Shown here in pieces: positions 58,835 through 64,000 of a stretch of 64,000 nt of DNA; positions within the stretch are counted from its first letter, which is position 1, and each line of letters begins with the position of its first letter. Source of the stretch: Candidatus Cloacimonadales bacterium (lineage in GTDB: Bacteria; Cloacimonadota; Cloacimonadia; Cloacimonadales; JAIOQZ01); assembly GCA_963665815.1 (NCBI GenBank), contig OY762463.1, positions 1,888,001 to 1,952,000 of the forward strand, given 5' to 3'. Below the pieces are notes generated by a model. It was given only the letters and a program-made list of their open reading frames with translations, did no database searches and was not told where the DNA came from. The translations under genes and the position numbers were made by a program.

Positions 58835-60049
58835 CTAAAGTAAAGATTTCCTTTCAAGATAAAACTTCAATATCATTGCCACAGCAATAGAGTTTATCAG
58901 CAAATTTGATCCTCCATAACTTATAAAAGGTAATGGAAGACCAGTAGTTGGAAACAAGCTGATATTCATTCCAATGTTTATTACAATCTGAAATGCAAGA
59001 TAGGCAAGTATTCCCGATGCAGCAATCTGAAACTCCCGCACTCTTAATCCCGGTATAATTCTCGCAATTCGTATCAATAAAACCGCATATAACAGTATTA
59101 ATACAAAAGATCCGACAAAACCGAATTCTTCCCCTATAACCGAGAATATAAAATCAGTATGCTTCTCAGGCAGGAAGTTCAGGCTTTTCTGAGTTCCGGC
59201 AAGAAATCCCTTTCCGAGAACACCTCCGGAACCTACAGCAATCTTTGCTTGAATTATCTGATAACCTGACCCAAGAGGATCTCGTGCAGGATTAAGAAAA
59301 GTCAATATCCGTTCCTGCTGATAACCCTTTAAACTATTCCAGGCTACCGGAACAATAAGATAAACAAATACATTAACAATAACAATGATCGAAGTAAGGA
59401 ATATTGAATACTTATTCCTTATATATATAATAATTAAAAAAACAATCCATATAATAAAAAAAGTCAAATTAAAAATCAATAAAATGCTCATTATGGGACT
59501 TACGAGCATGAGAATATACAAAACAGGGAACTCTGACACTACCAAAATTGTTATCATTGAGACCAGAAATACCAGAGAAGTTCCAAGATCCGGTTCCAGC
59601 AAAACCAGCAGGAATGGAAAGGCAAAAGCCCCTGCTGCTCTTGTAAATTTCTGAAAATTCGTCAGTTCTTTTTTTGCCAGCAGCTTAGCGCAGAACATAA
59701 TTGAAACCAGTTTTGCCAACTCTGACGGCTGAATTCTTAATCCCGGTAACCGTATCCACCTGTGAGCTCCATTGATTTCCCTGAAAAAGAAAACAGCAAT
59801 AAGCATTACAAGTACAGTAATATATCCGGGAACAATTGCAACTTCAATAATTCTCCATGGTACACGCAGAATAAGAAACAGCATTCCAGCACTGAGAGCA
59901 AGCCATACTATCTGCCTAATATAGAAATTCTGAACATGATACTCATCACCAATACGTGTAGAGGAGGCAGTGTATATAGCTATTACTCCGAACACAACCA
60001 GAACCAGCCAGACCGTAAGAATTATCCTGTCAATCTGCCGGTTCATCAC
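58835..60049 (-). CDS. rodA: Rod shape-determining protein RodA
   Basis: GAHRWI, QPSELAK, EPDLGT, GYQIIQAKIAVGSGG, PEKHTDFIF, LPFISYGGS. Confidence 0.95.
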   Translation of the reverse strand: MMNRQIDRIILTVWLVLVVFGVIAIYTASSTRIGDEYHVQNFYIRQIVWLALSAGMLFLILRVPWRIIEVAIVPGYITVLVMLIAVFFFREINGAHRWIRLPGLRIQPSELAKLVSIMFCAKLLAKKELTNFQKFTRAAGAFAFPFLLVLLEPDLGTSLVFLVSMITILVVSEFPVLYILMLVSPIMSILLIFNLTFFIIWIVFLIIIYIRNKYSIFLTSIIVIVNVFVYLIVPVAWNSLKGYQQERILTFLNPARDPLGSGYQIIQAKIAVGSGGVLGKGFLAGTQKSLNFLPEKHTDFIFSVIGEEFGFVGSFVLILLYAVLLIRIARIIPGLRVREFQIAASGILAYLAFQIVINIGMNISLFPTTGLPLPFISYGGSNLLINSIAVAMILKFYLERKSLL

Positions 60050-61815
60050 TCACCTGAAACCTTTTTATAATTATCATAAAATTTAACTATCTCACCCATA
60101 ATCGGAGCTGCAACATTACCACCATGACCGGCATTCTCAAGAAATACAGCCACAGCAATCTTTTCATCTTCCCATTCGGCATATCCGCCAAACCATGCAT
60201 GAGTCACATCATTAATATGATTCTCTGCTGATCCTGTTTTCCCGGATACTTTGACAACGGGGTGCCCTGCCAGATGTCCTGTCCCGCCCTTTCTGTTTAC
60301 AGTTTCATAAAGTGCTTTCTTAATCAGTGCCAGTGTCTCTCCGGTCATTGGCAGCTTTTTCTGATTGTATTTTATTCTGGAATTGACTTCTTCTGCACCC
60401 TTACCAATAGCTTTAGAAAAGATATGCGGTTGATTCCAAACTCCATCATTCCCCAGAGCAGCGTAATACGCACAAATCTGTAATGGAGTACAAAGAATCT
60501 CCCCCTGCCCAATTGCTATATTCACTGTGTGACCGATAATAGAAGCATGAGGTCCATATGTATCCTTATACCATTTTCTTGTCGGAAAAAATCCATTGCG
60601 TTCCTGAGGTAAATCAATACCTGTCTTCACAGTTATAAAATTCCTTTGAGTGAAGTCACCAATATCCTCTAATCTGAGTCTGGTTGACAAGTCATAAAAA
60701 AACACATCACAGGAATGTCTGATTGCCTCGGAAACATTCTGAAGTCCATGACCTGCCGAATTCCAGCATCTGAAGTACCGTCCACCGATCTCCATACCTC
60801 CGGTACAAGGTTCAAGTTCAGTATACTCATCAATTACATGAGTATCAAGTGCCAAAGAAGCAACAACAGGTTTATATACAGATCCAGGAGGATAAGTTGC
60901 GTGAATAGTCCGATCAAGCATTGGCTTGTCTTTGTTGTTTATCAGCTCAGACCAATCCTTCTGAGATATTCTTCCCATAAATATGTTAGGATCATACACT
61001 GGATTGTTCACATAAGCAATAACTTCTCCGGTTTCAGCATTCATCACTATCACCGAAGCATTATAGTCTTTTACAATTCCCTGAATGTAATTCTGTACAT
61101 AATTATCTATAGTCAATATAATCTGGTATCCATGCTCAACAGGTCTTGACAGGTTGTGTTTCAATAAGCCCAGCGATCTCCCCTTGGCATCTACCTGAAT
61201 AATGTTATATCCGGAAGTTCCTCTTAGTAGCTCTTCATATTGTTTTTCTATACCATTTTTGCCAATTACATCATTAATTGTATACTCTTTTTTATCAATG
61301 TTCTCATATTGTGTATCAGAGATTCTGCCAACATAACCGGTAAAATGAGAGCCATAAAGATAATTTCTCTTATATTCTGTTTTGAAAACAAGAGATGGAT
61401 AAAAGTTCATGTTTTCTGATACATAAATAAAATCTTCATATTCCATATTGACTACAAGAGGAATTTCCTGATATGACCTGAATCTGTTTTTATAAATGAT
61501 ATCGAGAACCTCATCCGTTGTCATATCGAATCTGCCTGAAATAAATTCTGACAGTTTCTTTTTATTCTTCAATTTCCCCGGCACAAAGTAAAGATTTTTA
61601 GATGATTCGTTTAATACTACAGGAGTATACTGCCTGTCAAAGATTTCACCACGAACAGGTGGGATACGTTTGATTCTGACAAAATTTTTCTCAGCAATAG
61701 TCTTGTAATAATCCCGATCAAAGAATTGCATACGAAACAGAACAATAAGAAGAGAAAGAAATACTATGCAAAGTACAAGAGTAGCACTGTTTGAAAATAG
61801 TTTAATATATTTCAT
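60046..61815 (-). CDS. mrdA: Penicillin-binding protein 2
   Basis: RGEIFDR, YPPGSVYK (SxxK), SCD, AIGQG, KTGSA motifs. Confidence 0.94.
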   Translation of the reverse strand: MKYIKLFSNSATLVLCIVFLSLLIVLFRMQFFDRDYYKTIAEKNFVRIKRIPPVRGEIFDRQYTPVVLNESSKNLYFVPGKLKNKKKLSEFISGRFDMTTDEVLDIIYKNRFRSYQEIPLVVNMEYEDFIYVSENMNFYPSLVFKTEYKRNYLYGSHFTGYVGRISDTQYENIDKKEYTINDVIGKNGIEKQYEELLRGTSGYNIIQVDAKGRSLGLLKHNLSRPVEHGYQIILTIDNYVQNYIQGIVKDYNASVIVMNAETGEVIAYVNNPVYDPNIFMGRISQKDWSELINNKDKPMLDRTIHATYPPGSVYKPVVASLALDTHVIDEYTELEPCTGGMEIGGRYFRCWNSAGHGLQNVSEAIRHSCDVFFYDLSTRLRLEDIGDFTQRNFITVKTGIDLPQERNGFFPTRKWYKDTYGPHASIIGHTVNIAIGQGEILCTPLQICAYYAALGNDGVWNQPHIFSKAIGKGAEEVNSRIKYNQKKLPMTGETLALIKKALYETVNRKGGTGHLAGHPVVKVSGKTGSAENHINDVTHAWFGGYAEWEDEKIAVAVFLENAGHGGNVAAPIMGEIVKFYDNYKKVSGE

Positions 61816-62290
61816 TAAAGGAAATCTTCATTCTTGATGAAAAATAAAGTACATAAATACCAATAAAGCTGACAAAGGTATTATATATAAAACTGAGAAA
61901 AGCCATAAGTGTAACTTCTCCATTTACCCAGAAAGCTTTGGATGTAATGTTATAGAATACGAAGAAGATAAAGTTAAGAAACAAAATACTGAGAAAAACC
62001 ACAATCATTCTGTTCTTACTGATTGAATTGTGCAATACATAAACCAGAAATGCAATAACAACAAATGCGAATGTTCCTACTCCGAATAACTGCGGATATA
62101 GAACATCAAATGCAAGTCCGGCAATAAATGAACTGCTCATATTAAGATAATAATTATCTGATAAATTCCAGAATATAATGAAACCGGTAATCAAATTGGG
62201 AATTACTCCGGCAATAATAAGCTCATCTGCCAGAAAAAACTGGAGAGAAATCGCAAAAATTAAACTTAATATTCTGGAAAAATATACCAA
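61802..62290 (-). CDS. mreD: Rod shape-determining protein MreD
   Basis: Highly hydrophobic 162 aa with GVIPNL and GLAFDV; directly upstream of pbp2. Confidence 0.85.
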   Translation of the reverse strand: MVYFSRILSLIFAISLQFFLADELIIAGVIPNLITGFIIFWNLSDNYYLNMSSSFIAGLAFDVLYPQLFGVGTFAFVVIAFLVYVLHNSISKNRMIVVFLSILFLNFIFFVFYNITSKAFWVNGEVTLMAFLSFIYNTFVSFIGIYVLYFSSRMKISFNEIY

Positions 62291-62298
62291 GGCTTACC

Positions 62299-62970
62299 TC
62301 ATGCTTTTCTTACAATACATAAAGGGGTTTGTTCATCACCCTGTCCCTGAGGATTGTCTTTCATTACTTTTTCCATGAAGTTCTTGTCTACACCATCACT
62401 ACCGCCTATCATCCAGCATCCCCCAATATCGTTGATATCCATAACTGCAGCTTCAATACCCAACTTCTCCTTGATCCCTTCACACACACCGGATGGATCT
62501 TTCGGACCTTTTATAACGCATTCATCATATGGAGGTATTGGGGATGTAGTTGCGGCATCAATCAATGCAGCCTGCATTCCGGCAACTCTGTAAAAATCAC
62601 CTTTTCTACCCACCAGTTTTCCCAGGGCTCCACATAATGCTGCAAACAGGATTCTCGGTGCACCTACTTCATCTACAGCACACTGCATACTTGTAGGAGC
62701 TCTCAAGCCTATTCCATAACTTACATTAGAAACAAATCTCCAGAGAAAATTAGCAACAAAACCTATTTTAATGTCTTTAACAGGAATTGCCCTTCCCTGG
62801 GTTATTGCAAGAGGACTTTCACTTATTGTTACTATATCTCCAGGTTTCATTTTATCTAATGCGTATTCACTTATGATTTCTACAATATCATCTCCCGGCT
62901 TAAATACATCTGTTTTTATAGGGATTCGAATATACTTTATTCCATAAACTTCAATTTCCGGATTCTTCAT
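62299..62970 (-). CDS. CofE-like (coenzyme F420-0:gamma-glutamyl ligase family) protein
   Basis: PGDDIV, GDIVTISESPLAITQGR, AAVMDIND and GQGDEQTPLCIVR match CofE-family motifs; likely ATG at 62970 after GGAG. Confidence 0.8.
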   Translation of the reverse strand: MKNPEIEVYGIKYIRIPIKTDVFKPGDDIVEIISEYALDKMKPGDIVTISESPLAITQGRAIPVKDIKIGFVANFLWRFVSNVSYGIGLRAPTSMQCAVDEVGAPRILFAALCGALGKLVGRKGDFYRVAGMQAALIDAATTSPIPPYDECVIKGPKDPSGVCEGIKEKLGIEAAVMDINDIGGCWMIGGSDGVDKNFMEKVMKDNPQGQGDEQTPLCIVRKA

Positions 62971-63748
62971 TGAATTCTCCATTATCAATTATTTCCAGTG
63001 TCTGGTGTTTTAAAATTACAACATGCTCAATGTTTTCTACTTTTACAAATGGTTTGATTATTGCGGATATATATAAGTTATCAGACGTGTTTTGTACTTT
63101 ATTGACTATGCCAACAGGATAGCCTTTGGGAAAAATTGATGATATATTTGATGTAATGACTGTATCAGCAACATTTATATTAGAACCAAGCTGGATCATA
63201 TTCATTTTCATTTCACCATATTCATTATTCTCAAGCAATCCCTGAACACGAGTATTCTTTGTTAACACTCCCGTCTTGAATTGAGTATTATCAAATGGCA
63301 GAACTATGCTTATTCTTCCTGAAACAGAGATTATCTTTCCGATGATACTTTTTTTGCCTATCACAGCATCATTTATTTCAACACCGTGCATGCTGCCTTT
63401 ATTAATAATCAGGTTTCTGGATTTGTACGTTCCTGACACTGCAACAACATCAGCATAGATTATTCCTTCGGAAGTATCAGACAGGTCTATATTCTGCTCC
63501 TGAAGCGAGCGCATACACTCTTCCAGAAAGTTAACTTTTTTCTGTAACTCAGCATTATATGTGTACAATTCTTCGTTCTCTCTGTGAAGCTGTTTCCTTG
63601 CTGCTTTATTCTCAAAAGCTTTGATCCAGAACGCAAAAACAGTTTTGGAAAAATAACCTGATTTTCGAATTCTGTCTTTTGAATTACCTGAAAACAGTAA
63701 AAAGGAAATTAACAGTAATATTCCAAAAAAAAATGATTTCTTAAGCAA
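62951..63748 (-). CDS. mreC: Rod shape-determining protein MreC
   Basis: N-terminal TM, coiled coil, IINKGSMHGV, VITS..SSIFPKGYPVGIV. Confidence 0.92.
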   Translation of the reverse strand: MLKKSFFFGILLLISFLLFSGNSKDRIRKSGYFSKTVFAFWIKAFENKAARKQLHRENEELYTYNAELQKKVNFLEECMRSLQEQNIDLSDTSEGIIYADVVAVSGTYKSRNLIINKGSMHGVEINDAVIGKKSIIGKIISVSGRISIVLPFDNTQFKTGVLTKNTRVQGLLENNEYGEMKMNMIQLGSNINVADTVITSNISSIFPKGYPVGIVNKVQNTSDNLYISAIIKPFVKVENIEHVVILKHQTLEIIDNGEFNEESGN

Positions 63749-63749
63749 T

Positions 63750-64000
63750 TTAATCTTCTATTTTCTTAATCAGAACTTCCCTGTATTTATCAACGTTATC
63801 CAATATCATTCCGGAGCCTTTTACAACACAGGTCAGTGATTCAGGATAAACATGAACAGGAAGATCTATTACATCCTGTATTCTTTTATCAAGTCCCTTA
63901 AGGTATGCTCCACCACCTGTAAGTACAATACCTCTGTCAGCAATGTCTGCTGCGAGCTCCGGAGCTGTTTTCTCAAATAAACGTTTTACAGCATCAATCA
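63750..64000 (-). CDS. mreB: Rod shape-determining protein MreB (3' end only)
   Basis: Hand translation: IDAVKRLFEKTAPELAADIADRGIVLTGGGAYL...; TAA at 63750-63752. Confidence 0.95.
   Translation of the reverse strand, partial: IDAVKRLFEKTAPELAADIADRGIVLTGGGAYLKGLDKRIQDVIDLPVHVYPESLTCVVKGSGMILDNVDKYREVLIKKIED

Overview
AT-rich bacterial chromosome segment with most genes on the minus strand. Gene content (PorV/PorQ-family barrels, secreted proteins ending in a YPNPFNP...FlgD-Ig/T9SS-like C-terminal domain, anaerobic RNR, 2-oxoacid:ferredoxin oxidoreductase, Na+-pumping decarboxylase) suggests an anaerobic diderm of the FCB group, most resembling Cloacimonadota (inference). Contents in order: partial recG; a korDABG-like/mce/mmdADCB operon; a ~16.5 kb outer-membrane locus (TonB-dependent receptor, ExbB, two ExbD, TonB, a 1020-aa surface protein, a PorV-family barrel, two tandem paralogous Asp-box/CTD proteins, a C45 hydrolase with CTD); housekeeping genes (lipoate ligase, purM, PfkB kinase, aminotransferase, pta, glyS); a PTS EIIA-PorV pair; an uncharacterised FHA-domain operon; a ~225-bp tandem duplication of the nrdG 3' end; nrdDG; tRNA-Arg(ACG) followed by a small accessory islet; tsaD; two SurA/PpiD-like chaperones; a TPR histidine kinase; rpmH-rnpA-yidD-yidC-jag; and mreBCD-pbp2-rodA with a CofE-like ligase inserted between mreC and mreD. 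The two strongest leads are the TonB/PorV/CTD locus and the CofE-like ligase in the elongasome operon. No CRISPR array, rRNA, integrase or transposase was seen.
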